From the NCBI GenBank assembly GCA_964016885.1, contig OZ024741.1:137950001-138014000 (forward strand): 64,000 nucleotides of DNA, written 5' to 3'. Shown here piece by piece: positions 1 through 14,977 of the stretch. The position numbers were made by a program, and so were the translations under genes. This DNA comes from Eledone cirrhosa. Lineage: Eukaryota. Numbering within the stretch: the stretch's first letter is position 1; every line of letters starts with the position of its first letter. The notes under the pieces were generated by a model. The model did no database searches. It had not been told where the DNA came from and saw only the letters and a program-made list of their open reading frames with translations.

Positions 1-92
<92 letters not shown>

Positions 93-108
93 ATATATAT
101 ATATATAT

Positions 109-160
<52 letters not shown>
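1..160. repeat. (TA)n microsatellite; many similar (TA)n/(CA)n/(TG)n tracts occur throughout the window
   Basis: Direct reading. Similar tracts at about 1893-2420, 5275-5408, 9450-9558, 10275-10430, 13535-13775, 14375-14605, 33100-33560, 35438-35740, 41730-41895, 47215-47395, 48708-48910 and 59025-59273. Confidence 0.98.
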
Positions 161-162
<2 letters not shown>

Positions 163-532
163 GATTGACTGAATACACATCGTTTTTCGTTAAAAAGATG
201 TTTTCCATTCCTTCCTCTTCTTACGTTTATATTTCTACTTCATCTTTTATATCTGATTATATCTTGTGATGAAGGACTAGTGCCCGAAATGAGAAGACTA
301 TTTTCCTACCATAGCACGCAACACACTAATATATTTCTTCCTTGTACTGTGTTGTTTGCTTTGTTGTTTCCGTGTACTTTTTTCATATATATATATATCT
401 ATACACATGAATAAAAGTCGACCCTTCCATTATGAAATGCATTGGATCACAGGAGACCGGTTAAAATGATATGTGGATGATTAAGAATTTTGCTTAACAA
501 CAGTGATGTCTAGAGTTTGAGCCCGCTAGTGA

Positions 533-714
533 ATTGGCAGTACCGGTAGAGGGTTGGACGCCATGCTTTCTAGCATAGTTACTTCCCTTTACGGTCTGAG
601 TTTAAATCCCGTCGAGGTTAACTTTACCTTTCATCCTTATGGGGTCGATAAAATAAAGTACCAGTAATGTACTGGGTAATTGCTGTCCTTGTGCCCAAAG
701 TAGAAACAATTATT
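533..714 (+). mobile_element. tRNA-derived SINE, family 1
   Basis: A-box-like start, B-box-like GAGTT(C/T)AAATCCC, conserved core CGAGGTTAACTTT(G/A)CCTTTCATCCTTA(T/C)GGGGTCGATAAAATAAAGTACCAG and tail GTAGAAACAATTATT. More than 10 dispersed copies in the window. Confidence 0.85.
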
Positions 715-715
715 C

Positions 716-1002
716 TCCAAGGGATTTATAATAGCCACGGGTTGTATCAACGTAGTCACAGGATTTCCAATAGCCACGGTTCGTATCATGGTCAAGGGAT
801 TTACAATAACCGCTACTTTGTAACATTGCCAAGGTTTTAAAATAGACATTAGTTCGTAACATGGTCAAGAGATTTACGATATCCCCTACTTCGTTCGCTG
901 GTCAAGAGATTTACAATAGCCACTACTTCGTATATTGGTCAACAGATTTACAATAAACACTACATCATATCATGGTCAAGTGATAGACAATAGCCATGGG
1001 TC
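716..1002. repeat. 37-bp minisatellite, about 8 diverged copies
   Basis: GGTCAAG-like unit starts at 790, 827, 863, 900, 937 and 974. Approximate consensus GGTCAAGAGATTTACAATAGCCACTACTTCGTATCAT. Confidence 0.9.
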
Positions 1003-1890
1003 AACTTTAGATTTGCGAGTATAATTCGATTGACAGAGACAGTTCCCTATAGGATGAACTGTAAATGTTCAGCCTTGTCACATATGTATTGTGCCACAGT
1101 GATTCCATTAAAGAATCAACTTCAGGGTACACATATTAGTGAATTACTTAACTTCTTATATGTGAATTCCCGAGTTGGACTTTCCATTATAAGAACGACT
1201 GAATTTTCATCGTCAAAACAGATAACAGTGGATCTTTCTTGAGGAAGGAGTCTCATGGGGTGAATTGGTTCATTCTGCTGAGCTGCACTACAGCTGACGT
1301 GTACCACAAAGCCAAGAGTGTATAGAGGGCTTCCTCCCTGTTTCCTTTTCATTTATTCATAGATTCTTTATTTTTCACATATTTTCTTGTTTATAGCCAT
1401 CAATCAGGAAACGTATTTCAATCCCCAGAAAGGGCAAACAACATTTTCTATTCACCACGTGTTTTAGAAATGGTGGTATTAATATTAAATTCAAAAAATA
1501 ACGAAAAAAACATAATCTGAACTTTTCAGTCTAGAAGTATTTTACCATCAAAAGAGAATTGGTTTTTATCTGAGGGTCGATAGTTTATTTGTTTTAATCT
1601 AAAATGTTATGCTTCATATGATAGAAGTTATCTCGCGTGGAGTCTATATTAGTTCGTACATCTTCTTTAAGTCTTTTCTAAATAGCGAGGCTTTAGGAGT
1701 CATTAGACCGAATAATTTATCGTATATAACCTAAACTAAGGAACGTAAGTTTATCTAGCCTCATGGGGAGAATATTATTTTTGTTTGTTCATATTACTTT
1801 CCAGGATTATAATCTTACCGTGTAACAGTCTAATGAATCAGCTTTACTTTTTTTTATTTTGAACCTCTGGGACAGTATTATGCAGTTTTC

Positions 1891-2024
<134 letters not shown>

Positions 2025-2074
2025 CGTGTGTGTATATATATTTACGTATATGTATATTTACATATATGTATATT

Positions 2075-2106
<32 letters not shown>

Positions 2107-2117
2107 TGTATATATAG

Positions 2118-2162
<45 letters not shown>

Positions 2163-2305
2163 TATTTATATGTATATATATATTATGTGCGTGTGTATAT
2201 ATATGCTTATATATGTAAGTGCGTATATTTTATGTGTATATATTTATATGTATACTCAAGTGCGTATATAAGAATATTTATGATGTATATATATATATAT
2301 ATATA

Positions 2306-2389
<84 letters not shown>

Positions 2390-3535
2390 CACACACACAT
2401 ATACATATATGTTTGTGTCTGTGTGCGTATAACTGTGAGTGTGTGAGTATGTTTTTGTGAGTGTGTCTGTGTGAATAATTTTTAATTTTCAATCTTTGAA
2501 ATATATGCATAATTTTTATGAGAAATTAATTTATAACTGATATCGTGTTGACTTAACCTGTGAATGAATTTAAGATGAATTTAATATTGTATTATGTGAG
2601 GAGGAACTAAATTATAATTAAAAAATCTTAGATGTAGTATATCTCATAGGAAACATCGTTTATTTTCTTTTTTGCTGCTGTAATTCTATGAAGTGAATTT
2701 CTTCCGGATACTTTCTCGTTTAGTCCATGTAATGGAATCTTTAATTGATTAAATTTTCTTTTAGGAAAAAAAAATGTTAATCAACTGACAAGATCCCAGA
2801 CTCAATTCGCCTGCCGAGTGGGGTAGAATTCGCCAAATCGTACCAGGCGAACAGTTTCCATTGGTCTTTCGATTAGTGATAGTTTCTACCGGTCGTAATT
2901 TTTGGCAGAAATAGCGACGTGAAATAAAGTGGCTTGCTCAAGGAGATAATACATCGCTCAGTCCAGGGATCAAACTAATATATTATTGATACCATATATT
3001 TGGGTATAACGTTGCTATTCATTACATGGTTAATATATTCTATTTCATTTACCCTTTGTTATTTTTATTAATTTCCTCCCAAGAATTAATCTTAGCGGGG
3101 GATATAAGTTTGATATTTTTTATTATGACTCAAACTAAGTCATAATAAATGCACATGGTCTAGCGGTTAGATCGTTGCGCTGAGGTTTGTAAAATCATGA
3201 GTACGATTCTCGCGCATGGCAATATACTTTTTTTTCAAATGTGAAAAATGAGGTGTAAATACATTTTTACCAAACGATATAGGCCTATATATATCTCTTG
3301 AACTTGATCAGTGGCTCAAGGAGAGTGACATGCATTTACCAAGATCTCACATCGTAGACAAAGCTTTCCAGGAGGAAACCCTTATGTTATGATATTAGGG
3401 AAGGAGCCTAATTCAAACTGACTCTTTTAATATTTCAGAGGTAAATTATTGTCCCTATTCTTAACGTAAACATCTACAGTACATCTTTTGACTGTATATT
3501 TAATGTATGTTTAATTGCTGTTTTTAAATTTTATA

Positions 3536-3620
3536 TACAGGTTGTCCCTCCAAAATGTATACATACATCAACATCATTTTAACAAATATATGTACATATT
3601 ATTTTAGAACACCCTATATA
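3536..3620. mobile_element. Possible tiny Tc1/mariner-type MITE remnant
   Basis: Imperfect inverted ends TACAGGTTGTCCCTCCAAAATGTATACAT versus the reverse complement of the right end TATAGGGTGTTCTAAAATAATATGTACAT, in a TA context. Confidence 0.4.
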
Positions 3621-3639
3621 TATACATATATATATATAT

Positions 3640-3765
3640 ATGGTCAAGTGATGCAGGTGCTGGATACAACCATAATATCATGGGTTCAATTCCTTGACCA
3701 GATTGTGTGTTACGTTCTTGAGCAAGACACTTCATATCTTGTTTACACTTAGCTGACAATGAGTA
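3640..3765 (+). mobile_element. tRNA-derived CORE-like SINE, family 2 (5' part)
   Basis: GGTTCAATTCC B box followed by CTTGAGCAAGACACTT, resembling the CORE domain. Related pieces near 2920-2980(-), 8075-8400(+), 11740-11845(-), 16370-16460(+) and 44095-44190(+). Confidence 0.65.
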
Positions 3766-3910
3766 TGAACAGTTGTTGGACTAGGGTCTTGCCCAGGGTG
3801 GGGAAGTTTTTAATCTCTGATACTTAACGCTGAGGAAACATAGAGAAAGACCGACCTAATGACCCTCCGGGCTTCAGGTACAATTTGCACACACACACAA
3901 ACACACAGAA

Positions 3911-3991
<81 letters not shown>

Positions 3992-5270
3992 CATAGTCGA
4001 TACAATAACCATCATACATTTATTAAGATCCATTCACTCGAATATAATACCTATCCGGATCTGAAATATCACATCACTGCCGGATAATAAGATAGAGAAA
4101 TATTCCATAATTTTCCAAAGTGCATTTTCCTATGATTGGTTTTGTAAAACCATAATTGGTGAAAATCCCCTCTAACTATACGTGCCTCCAAATACTTGAT
4201 TAAAACAGGTTTTTGAAATTTATTAAATATTCATTTTAAAATTAGAAAAAATAATTAAAGGACGACATTTATCTCAGTTTGCCAAATATTTCTGTAGAAA
4301 AAGAGCTTAATATCTCCCTGTACCATATGCTGGTCTATCGTATTTCAAAGAGGTAGTTTATCTTTGAAGATGGCGCAATGACGTTTGAAATTAAGTCAAC
4401 TAGCGTTACACAAGTCAATATTTATGAACAGAAAATTTAAATTCAAATTTAACTTTTTTACAATAGGAAAATTAATTGATATAATGTTGTACTGCATTAA
4501 ATATAAATGCTGTCTGCAAGCTAATTAGTATCATGTAAATTGGAGCTTCTGCATTTCATTACAAGTGTTAACCATTTCGTCTACAGAATTTCTAAATACT
4601 TTAAGTGCACACATCCATTAGATTCATTATAGTAACATATCGAATGTCACTGAATATGAAATACTAACTTTCGCAGCTGACCATTGGTTGTTTTAAGAAT
4701 TCAGACTCACATCCTCTTTTCTGCACAGACTGTGAGTGGCTTAGTTGGGTATTGATGTATCTCTGAAAATATATCCTTTTAAAGAAAATAATTTATTAGA
4801 CATTTGAAAGATGTTTGAATAAGGACTGGAATAAGCAACGAAACCCATGACACATAATTAACAAAATTCCTATTTTTTTTCTGTATAAATCTCTACCGAG
4901 ATAATAAAGAAAACAAATAAACATCTGTTTTTCAGTTGGTTGGAAAGGGAACATGAAGGTGAAACTAATGAAGAGAGGGGCAATTCTAAACATTAACACA
5001 TTCGACTTGATTGGAACATTAGAAAATGATATATTATGAATAGATTCGAGCCTGTCTCTGTCTTTTAGAAATATTTTAAAACGTAATATGTTTTGTTATG
5101 TTTCTTTGTTATTTCTGATGGATTTATATAAAGAAAAGTTAGTATATTGTATTATCTTACATTAACAGAATCTGTTTTGGTTTAGAGATATAAAAATCAG
5201 TATAATTGAATATAGTTTCCCGGTAGTTTATGCTTCACCGATATTTGAATGGAGTTTTACACTGTGTTAT

Positions 5271-5410
<140 letters not shown>

Positions 5411-7246
5411 ATTTATCATTCTAGTTGACCAGTATCGTTTTTGATAGGACAAGCAGAGATGGTACTTTAGCAAGACATAACTTCCACTTCATTCAACGTT
5501 CAGGAGATATAACTATTTTAAAATATTGATATAGGAAATATACAGAAATCTATGTTCTTATTTATGTATTTATATAGGTATGAAGAAAAGACAAATAAAT
5601 AAAAAATATATTTTATGACATCAGTGAAGCCATTTTCAATGATTATATAAATGTGTTTTCCGATTTTGTTATGTAAGAAAATTATCTATCTTTGCATTAT
5701 TGCTTCTACATTTCATTTCCGAATTTAAAGGTGAAGTTATATGGCGTCATTTAATTCGTACGAATATCTGTTTTCCTGCTAATATTATTCAGTGGAGATT
5801 GAAGTTTTCCTCCGCTTCGGACTGTAATATCCGTTATATAGAATATATACAGAAAGATTGGTGCATCATCTTTACGAGCAAAATCTACTGAGAATAAAGA
5901 CAATATGTATGGAAAAAGATCCGTAAATATTTTTATACGTAAGGGTGATTCTCACTATTAATGATTAGAAGCATGGTTAATAATTAAAGAAAATATTCAA
6001 ATATTCTGTGGAATTGAGAATTACAAATTATATTTTGTAATCAGAACCTACTGCTCTTATATAACAACCGTAATATCATTTATATAAAACAGTATCAAGG
6101 ATACTTATTTGTTTATATAATTCACTAGCAATATGTAAGAAAACTATTTAAGATAAATATCACAATCTTTGTACCGAAGATATTGACGAATAGACATAAT
6201 TGATACAAAATGCAGTATACCAAACACATATACATCCCTAAAAATCAGGACTCATAATAGCTTTCGTTCTTTAGGTGAAATATATTCACTCGACTTGTAC
6301 TAATATCTCTTTAGAAATTCTAATTGGATCATAAATAAGAAATCGTAATTGCATATAAGCATAACAAAATTTAGATATCGTTGATAATATCTTTTTTTAT
6401 TCCTATTTCAACATGTAAATTTTGTATAATTGTCAAGCATAATCCACTGGATTTTATGTGCATTTTATTTGCATCCAGAAGATTTTGCTTGTACAGATGA
6501 AGTGTTAGACATGATAATATATTTTATACATGGCATATATTCTCCTTGATCAAAATCTCAGTTATATATGTCATATGTGCAGTCGATGTGGAGTATATAA
6601 TCTATAGTCTATAATATACATTGGGATACATATAGGAAAGTATAACATAATGAAACATTCAACTGCTTTTTGAATTTAATATATTTGATATCAATTTGTA
6701 TTTCTGCTAAAGTTAAATAAAAATATTTGTACGTATTACTTTCTGCTTCGTTCAAGCACGCATTTCCAATGCACACACAACCCTATATGGTGATTGATTT
6801 GTTGAGCTTTATGCTAATTCTAAATCACACCGCTAGTAGTAGTTCTACACTGTGGCAAGATCATGTGACATTCTAAAGAGGAAGGTAGTCAAATTCAATC
6901 GTTAGCTCACAGCACACTATTGGCGGTTAAATTCAAATGGTGTGAAAAGTGCGCAGAAGTTCATAATACGTTTCAGCTCTGTATTCATTGAGTTCAAATC
7001 TGGCCGTGGTGAACTTTGCCTTTGATCCATTCAAAGTCAATATCAAAGTACCATTTTAGTACTGGTGTGGATTCTTCCTCTATATCTTGTTCTTAATTCT
7101 TCTCTCTCACTCTCTCTATCCTTCTCTGTAAGAAATCTGCTGGAGAGATGGGCTCCGCCAAGCTTAATAATGCCCTAGGAACACAGTATGTCATTACGAA
7201 GGTCCTATATCTTAAGATTTACGGGCCATCCATGCACTCACCCCCT

Positions 7247-7316
<70 letters not shown>

Positions 7317-7531
7317 TTATACCCGTTGCACATGGATCGGTGAAACTGCAGTCGGAACTTTGAAGAAAAAAAAAGTATATTTGTGTCTATTATTTCCTCA
7401 TATTTTGTAATTTGATAAATAGCTCTGATTAATGAGTTATCTTAATTATTTTGATTACTTTAGCTTATTCGGTCATCGAGCAAAACCTGTTAAGGCGGAC
7501 ACCACAGACACACACACGGACACACACACAG

Positions 7532-7565
<34 letters not shown>

Positions 7566-8034
7566 ACACACACACACACACGCACATATGAATATGTATG
7601 TATTTCTCTATTATATTGTCCCAAACTTCCCTATTGTCCAGTTAACCCTGGAGTGTCCTAACTGGTTTTTCTAGCAAATACGTTATTTGCTCACTGTCCA
7701 CCTTACTACCCTTCTGTGACCACTGTATCATATGTTAATTACTCCCTCCGTCCTTCGAGATATTTCACTTGCTACGAAAGAAACTGTCATTTTTTTTAAC
7801 CACTGTTAATTCCTCTCTCCACCTCTAGAGATTTTCTCACTTGCTAGGAACGCGTCAAGCAACAGTCTTTTTTTACTGAGGGATCTCTTGATAAGCCGTA
7901 TCAACCTCACAACGATGATGCAGAATTTTTGTAGTGCAGAGGCGTTGCACACGGATCAGCGAAACTGCAGCCGGTAGTTTGAAGAAAAGATAACTATATT
8001 TTTCTCTATTATGTCATCACATTTTGTAATTTGA

Positions 8035-8070
<36 letters not shown>

Positions 8071-8960
8071 GTGAAGTGTGCTTAGAGATTAGGCTGGTCA
8101 GCTCACGATCTTAAGATCTTGTGTTAGATTTCTGGCTTCAGCATGACGCTTTATTTCACGTTGATCGAATACACTCACAAAAAAATGCAACTGTAATGCA
8201 GTAGTTCAGCTTTGCTACTTACTGCATCACGCTTAAACTCCGCGAGAACTATTTTAATGGTTCACGTGTTGCAGGAATACTCAACCACTTGCAAGTTAAT
8301 TTCACGAACCACCTGTCCCGTTACTCAAATCAGTATCCTGTATATGAGTGTGTCATGGTTGAGTGAAAACGTGTGTAGGTTTCTCATGTATTAATGCGTT
8401 ACTTCCCTTTTTTCCTATGTCGACCTATAAGACTATTTGTATTAGTTGGCGCTGGTACTTCCACAGCATTGTACAGAATAAAGTCGTACAGCACCACTCT
8501 TTACACGGATGCTGAATTCTTTCAAAGAGAAGTATTAAATATATTAATCTATTTTAGGAGTTTAGATCTCCCGTTTGGAACCTCTATATAAATACATAAA
8601 TCTACATATCTCTGTATGTGCATGGACGTTTCTGTGAATGTATGTGTGTGTGTGTGAAATATATAAAATACCATATATCTATACAATTATATATATATGA
8701 ACTATTCTCTTATTTAGCTGCATTTTCATTTTAAATCCCCCTGCTCGTGTATTTCATATCAATATCAAGCTGATACAATTTTAAAAATCATACTTGAAGA
8801 TTAGTTTGACATTTCCGTACACACACACACACAAACATACATATATATGTGTTGTTTTCTGTACTCTATCCCTATCTATTTAGCATATAATTGATTCTAT
8901 GTATATATACAGTTGATTCTATGTATATATTTGTATGTCTCGAACTATGCATGCATATGA

Positions 8961-8998
<38 letters not shown>

Positions 8999-9012
8999 GT
9001 ATATATATATAT

Positions 9013-9218
9013 ATAGGAACCAGTAAGACCCCGACAGCTGAGCTCAAGCCGTTTCGACGGCTAATTCTGGACTGAATTAGTCCAGAATTAGCCGTCGAAA
9101 CGGCTTGAGCTCAGCTGTCGGGGTCTTACTGGTTCCTATTACCCACTCTACTACCTCAAGTATTGAGTACTTTGGTGCGTTATGGTCCACCTGGTTCCTT
9201 ACCACATTTCCTTCGTTA
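9013..9218 (+). repeat. Repeat with a perfect 61-bp-arm fold-back at its left end
   Basis: 9013-9073 is the reverse complement of 9079-9139, with spacer GAATT. The tail ATTACCCACTCTACTACC..GAGTAC..TGGTGCGTT is shared with 10170-10255. Confidence 0.9.
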
Positions 9219-9273
9219 TATATATATATATATATAAACGAAACTTTCTCGTTTTTTCTTTTATATATATATG

Positions 9274-9345
<72 letters not shown>

Positions 9346-9447
9346 GAGAGAGACAGAGAGAGACCATTAATCATGGGAGTACTCAAAGTGATGTCAACTT
9401 GAACACACAATCCGATACCACTTTACGACGCTTTCAATAGTTTACAT

Positions 9448-9561
<114 letters not shown>

Positions 9562-9607
9562 AATATAAGTGACCAAAGGATCGGACTTTGAAACACTGAG
9601 AATTTAG

Positions 9608-9892
9608 TATATATATATAAGGGATGATATGCTCGACGCAGAGACGCTATAAAATAGCTTATAAAAAGGGTGAAGACACTTAAAAGACGGATAAGAGGAA
9701 TTTGCCATCGTCTGTTCGCTAAGAGTACTTCAATCTCATATCTCCCAGATACCAGTATTCCGGAGATGTGATGTTCAATTCCTCATAACGGCCGATGGAA
9801 ACTTCATTTTCCGTCGTTTAAGGGTGTTCACCATATTTTATAATCTAATGTATTGCATCTCTGCACGTGAGCATATTATCTTTTACTTTATA
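9608..9892. repeat. Diverged inverted repeat with arms of about 105 bp
   Basis: About 9612-9716 aligns by eye to the reverse complement of about 9787-9892. Flanked by (TA)n. Confidence 0.7.
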
Positions 9893-10169
9893 TATATATA
9901 GATGAGATTTTGGTATTGCTTGATAAATTAGTCTGTTGTTCAGATCGGGCTGGTATTGATCATACGGCGTTTACATAGATCCTGAGCTACCCATCTGTGA
10001 AACAGTCGTAAATGTGTATAATCAATAAAGACCTTAACGTGAAATCTCACTTTATTTTTAATATATACCTTAATATATACCTTAATATATGACTTAGCAT
10101 AGAATGCTGACTTTGGTACTTTGATCAGTAAACCACGAATCTATCGAACCACATATTATATACATATAT

Positions 10170-10255
10170 ATAGGAAAAGAGTCAGGACCCCGGGGTCGTG
10201 ACTCTTTTCATATTACCCACTCTACTACCCTAAATTTGAGTACCCTGGTGCGTTT
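10170..10255 (+). repeat. Second member of the 9-kb family, with a 22-bp-arm palindrome at its left end
   Basis: ATAGGAAAAGAGTCAGGACCCC|GGGGTCGTGACTCTTTTCATAT (2 mismatches) followed by the same tail as 9140-9180. Confidence 0.8.
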
Positions 10256-10285
10256 TTACTATTATTATTATTATATATATATATA

Positions 10286-10394
<109 letters not shown>

Positions 10395-12106
10395 CTGTGT
10401 GTGTGTGTATGGGTGTATGTGTGTGTGTATATATACACATTTGTACTTACGACTATAACGGATTAAAACCGTAGTTGTGGTAGTTGTTTCTCTTTATATC
10501 ATGTAAATTATTGATTCGATCATTATGGATAGTTAAAACAAATTTCACAGTGAATTACATTGGATTGGTATGATCCACTAAACCCTTAACAGTCGTGCTC
10601 CCAAATGGCTCCTGTCACATGTCTGAAACCAGTAAAAGAATACAACAATAGCGGTTTATGTTTCATTCGATACATTGCAAACACAGAAAGTATTTAGGGA
10701 ATTACCGGAGGAAATGAATGAACTGAACCAGAGAATGTTCGGAGTATATTGCAATAAAATTCCGGAGGGTAGGTAGTGTAAATCTTACATCAGGCTATGT
10801 AGATAATGTGGTGGTATTGTATATAGAAGAGAATGTGTGTATATAGGTCTTTTGATGTCTCTGGTAGGTATCATGAGAATATATCATTAACTAATAGATT
10901 TACATCAAAGATTCAATTTTGGAAATATCGACAAGTGCTATGTAGAATTATCGATTAAATATTTTCTTGTTGTTTGACTCTAGCTTCATCGAATATATTA
11001 TAAGGATAGTTTCGGGAGCGTTGACATAATGTGTGTGTCTGTGTGTGCTTGTGTCTCTGTGTTTGCATGTGTGATTTCTGTGTTTGTGTGTTTGTGTATT
11101 TCTGTTAGTCTTCCATCGTTTTCAACGACTAATATCCCAGTTGTATAATCAAGGGAAGCGTCTGCTCATGAAATTAATGTACATGTGGGAGAGTATTCCA
11201 CGCTCATGTGTACCCTCAACGTAGTTATCAGGGAGATTCTGAGTATGCCAGTGTGTGTGTGTACCATTGTTGGTCGATTTAGTTACAGAAACAAGTTAAA
11301 AGTCTGAAACGTGGTTTCGAATCCTGGATCATGTAGTGATTGTGATTTTGCATAAGACGATTCATAGATTCGATATGTGATTTGAATCACTGCACACCGA
11401 GTTCAAATTCTGGAGAAGTCAACGTTGCTTTTCCTCGTTTCAGTGTCGATATTCAAGTACCAGTTTATGTGGGATATATTTACTTTTAGTGGTATAATGC
11501 ATATCTGTATTTTCTTAATTAATATCCACCCTCATCTTACAGAAAAGGATATGACGCACCTGGCAAGTGATGCAATGTGCAACCATCAGCAACTGAAAGC
11601 CCAATAAAAAAAGATTTTTCTTTGTCTGAGCTGATAATCGACTTCTTTAAGTTAATTTTAATGATATTTGTAGAACAGTTTCCATTGGTCTTTACATTGA
11701 TGATACTATCTATCGATCGCAACTCTATACAGAAAGAACAACGTAAAATAAAGTGTGTTTCTCAAGAACATAACACATAATCCGGTCCGTGAATCGAACT
11801 GGCAACCTCACGATTGCGATTCCAATTGTCTAACCATCAAGCACTGTTTGCTTGGTCCGATTTGACAAGCTTCACACTATTAAGGAAGCGAATGAGGTCT
11901 GGTTTCTTGTAGATCGATTCAATTTAGAGAGGTAACGGATGCTGGATTGATAGAATCTCTAGAACATCGAACATATACTTAGCAGTATATTTGGTTGGGT
12001 ATTACTTTCTGAGTTTAATGTATAAACCATTGATACATCGCAGTGCTCCTGCACCTATACCTATCAGTGATTAACATATAATATCTTCCTGAAACATGTT
12101 AAAAAT

Positions 12107-12663
12107 ATGAATGCATGTATAGTATATTTGGCAATATACCGTATGTTTAATTAAAAACATTTTGAAGACCTTGCGCTATCATTTTAAAGTAATGACTTAC
12201 TTCTTTTTTCCGCAAAGGAAGAGAGAGAATCTGACAGATTCTGTTTCATATCCACACTGTTGGTGTTCTCAGAGCAACGTACTCCCCGCTTCTGCCGAAA
12301 ATTATAGAGGCTGGATTCTTATAGAATTCCAGTAATAATCGGGAACTGATTATACAGAGCGATTGCCGGTCCAGCAAACATTAAAAGTTAGGTTTGGTGT
12401 TCTGAAATAGCGATGTATACATGAATGTATGTATAGTATATTTGGCAGCTCTGAGGAACACCAACAATGTGAAATAGAATCTGTCTTCTTCTGTCCCTTC
12501 CTTTGCCGAAAAAAGAAGTATGTGACATAGTCACTACTTTAAAATGATAGCGCAAAGTCTTCAAAATGTTTTTAATTAAACATACGGTATATTGCCAAAT
12601 ATACTATACATACATTCATGTATACATCGCTATTTTAGAGCACGAATCCTAATTTTTATGTTT
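12107..12663. mobile_element. 314-bp hammerhead-bearing repeat: one terminally redundant unit plus an inverted partial copy
   Basis: ATGAATG..TAGTATATTTGGCA occurs at 12107 and again at 12421. 12448-12663 is an inverted copy. Decayed hammerheads at 12230-12275(-) and 12448-12488(+). Homologous to 53915-54195 and 59274-59631. Confidence 0.8.
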
Positions 12664-13530
12664 AAAATAGTTTACGTAGCATAACACGGTCTTGATATTT
12701 AACTTTTAAACTTATGTCGTTGTTGTTAGTCTTTGATTGTGAAAGCGTTGACTTGGATATATATAAATATCTATGTACCGAATCGATCGACAAGATCCCA
12801 GACCTCATTCGCTTATCATCGGACCAGGGAAACAATGTTTCCATTGGTCTTTCCATTGCTATTACTGTTCACAAGTTGGTCAGATTAAAGTTAGAACACT
12901 TGGGTTCGGCAACATTGATATACATGCATTTCCAGTGAAGTTATCTGCATAGATAAAACTAACAAGCGATACTTATTGAATGTGCTATCTCTTAGAAATA
13001 GACCGTAAATTTTAGGGACAGATAAGATACAAAGAAAAAATAAATAACTGATGATTGAAAATGAGACATAAGAAATAGATCGATGGTGAAGATAATCACA
13101 TGAGGTATAAAAATAGACCTGTAAATAAATAAATAAATAAATAAAACAAAATATAAGGCCAATCGAAAATAATTACGATTCAATCTGTGGCGTTTCAGTA
13201 TCTCAAAATGTATGCATTTTGAGCTATATAAATGAAATGCAAGTCACGGATTATGATATTTGATCATCAAACTTTGTACGTGTACCTGGAAGCATAATAT
13301 GATTCCTTATAAGAAAAAGAAGAAACATGATTTTTCTTTTATGTACATAATGTTTGATTAATAAAGAATGTTAGTCACGTTGATCTGTTTTATCAGAAAC
13401 AGATATATTCAAAACCCTGTTGGAACCGGTTCAAGGCAGATTAAAACAAAGCATATCTTCCCACATTTATTGTATCAGTTTTAAAACATATAAATATGAT
13501 TCAAGGTAAAAATGTATGAGCATATGCATA

Positions 13531-13620
<90 letters not shown>

Positions 13621-13665
13621 ATGAAAAATTGAACAGGGACAGAACAGAGAGGCAGTACGATAAAT

Positions 13666-13716
<51 letters not shown>

Positions 13717-14378
13717 CATATATATATATATATACATACATACATATATACATACACTTGTATGTATATATATATTAAAATAATTTGCTAGATTTGTGCA
13801 ACCAAAAGGACGTTTAGAGAATTAATTAGATTCGAGCAGATTTTGTAGATATAGAACAAAATACTTATGTAAATAGATATGCACATATTTAAGAAGATCG
13901 AGTGTTAGAAGAGATAAGATATTTTGTGACATGCCCCCTTCCCTGAATAATAGGCTTTTCTGTGAAGCGTAATTTCTTCAGCCCACTATAGAATCTGATT
14001 TGAACCGTCAGCACGCCTACGGGAATCAGCGGAGACGTTTTCTACAGTAGGAATCGGTTATAGAATATATTGATTGCGTTTGGCTAATTCTGCAACCAGC
14101 GCTTGCATATTCAGCATTGATGCCTCACCTATAATATCCCTTTAACAAACTAAACCCGTTTAAATGAATTGACAAAAAATGCCATGGTATTTTTCCGTCC
14201 CTTCCTCTTGTCACTCTGTATGCATCTATTTTAACTTCTATTTCTCATTATATTTTCTGATAAAGGATTAATGACCGAAACAACGGAAAGACTCTTTTCC
14301 TACTATATCAAACGTTAAACTATATTTCTTTGTTGCACTGTGTAGTTTGCTTTATTTCCGTTTACATTTCACATATAC

Positions 14379-14454
<76 letters not shown>

Positions 14455-14934
14455 AAACACACATCTACTTATAAGCACACACACACTCACACACACACGC
14501 ACACACACACAGACACACACTGACACACGTACGCACACACACACACATACACATACACACACACACACACATACACATACACACACACACGCGTGAATAT
14601 ATATATACTATTTGGAAATTTAAGAAAATTCGATTAAAAAGAATATCTCTGAAAGACACTAGGGCATTAGGGAAGATTGTATTGTTTCACGCTGAAGAAA
14701 AGTTGCTATATTTCATTTTAGACATATTGAAGAACGGAACAAAAACTCTACAGAGTAGATATCTATCTCTTAGTCTTTGATATGTATTAGATTAATATAC
14801 AAAGTATCTATATAAGATGGCAATATCACGTTTATAACAAATTGCACGCAATTCCTATACACTTGAATAAGTTCATATATACAAACATATCTTAATATAT
14901 GCATACATTCATACAAAGTTCATAGTTATATATA

Positions 14935-14977
<43 letters not shown>

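Noticed and set aside
716-1002. CRISPR-like periodicity
   Set aside because: Whole units are homologous, there are no unique spacers or cas genes, and the context is eukaryotic.
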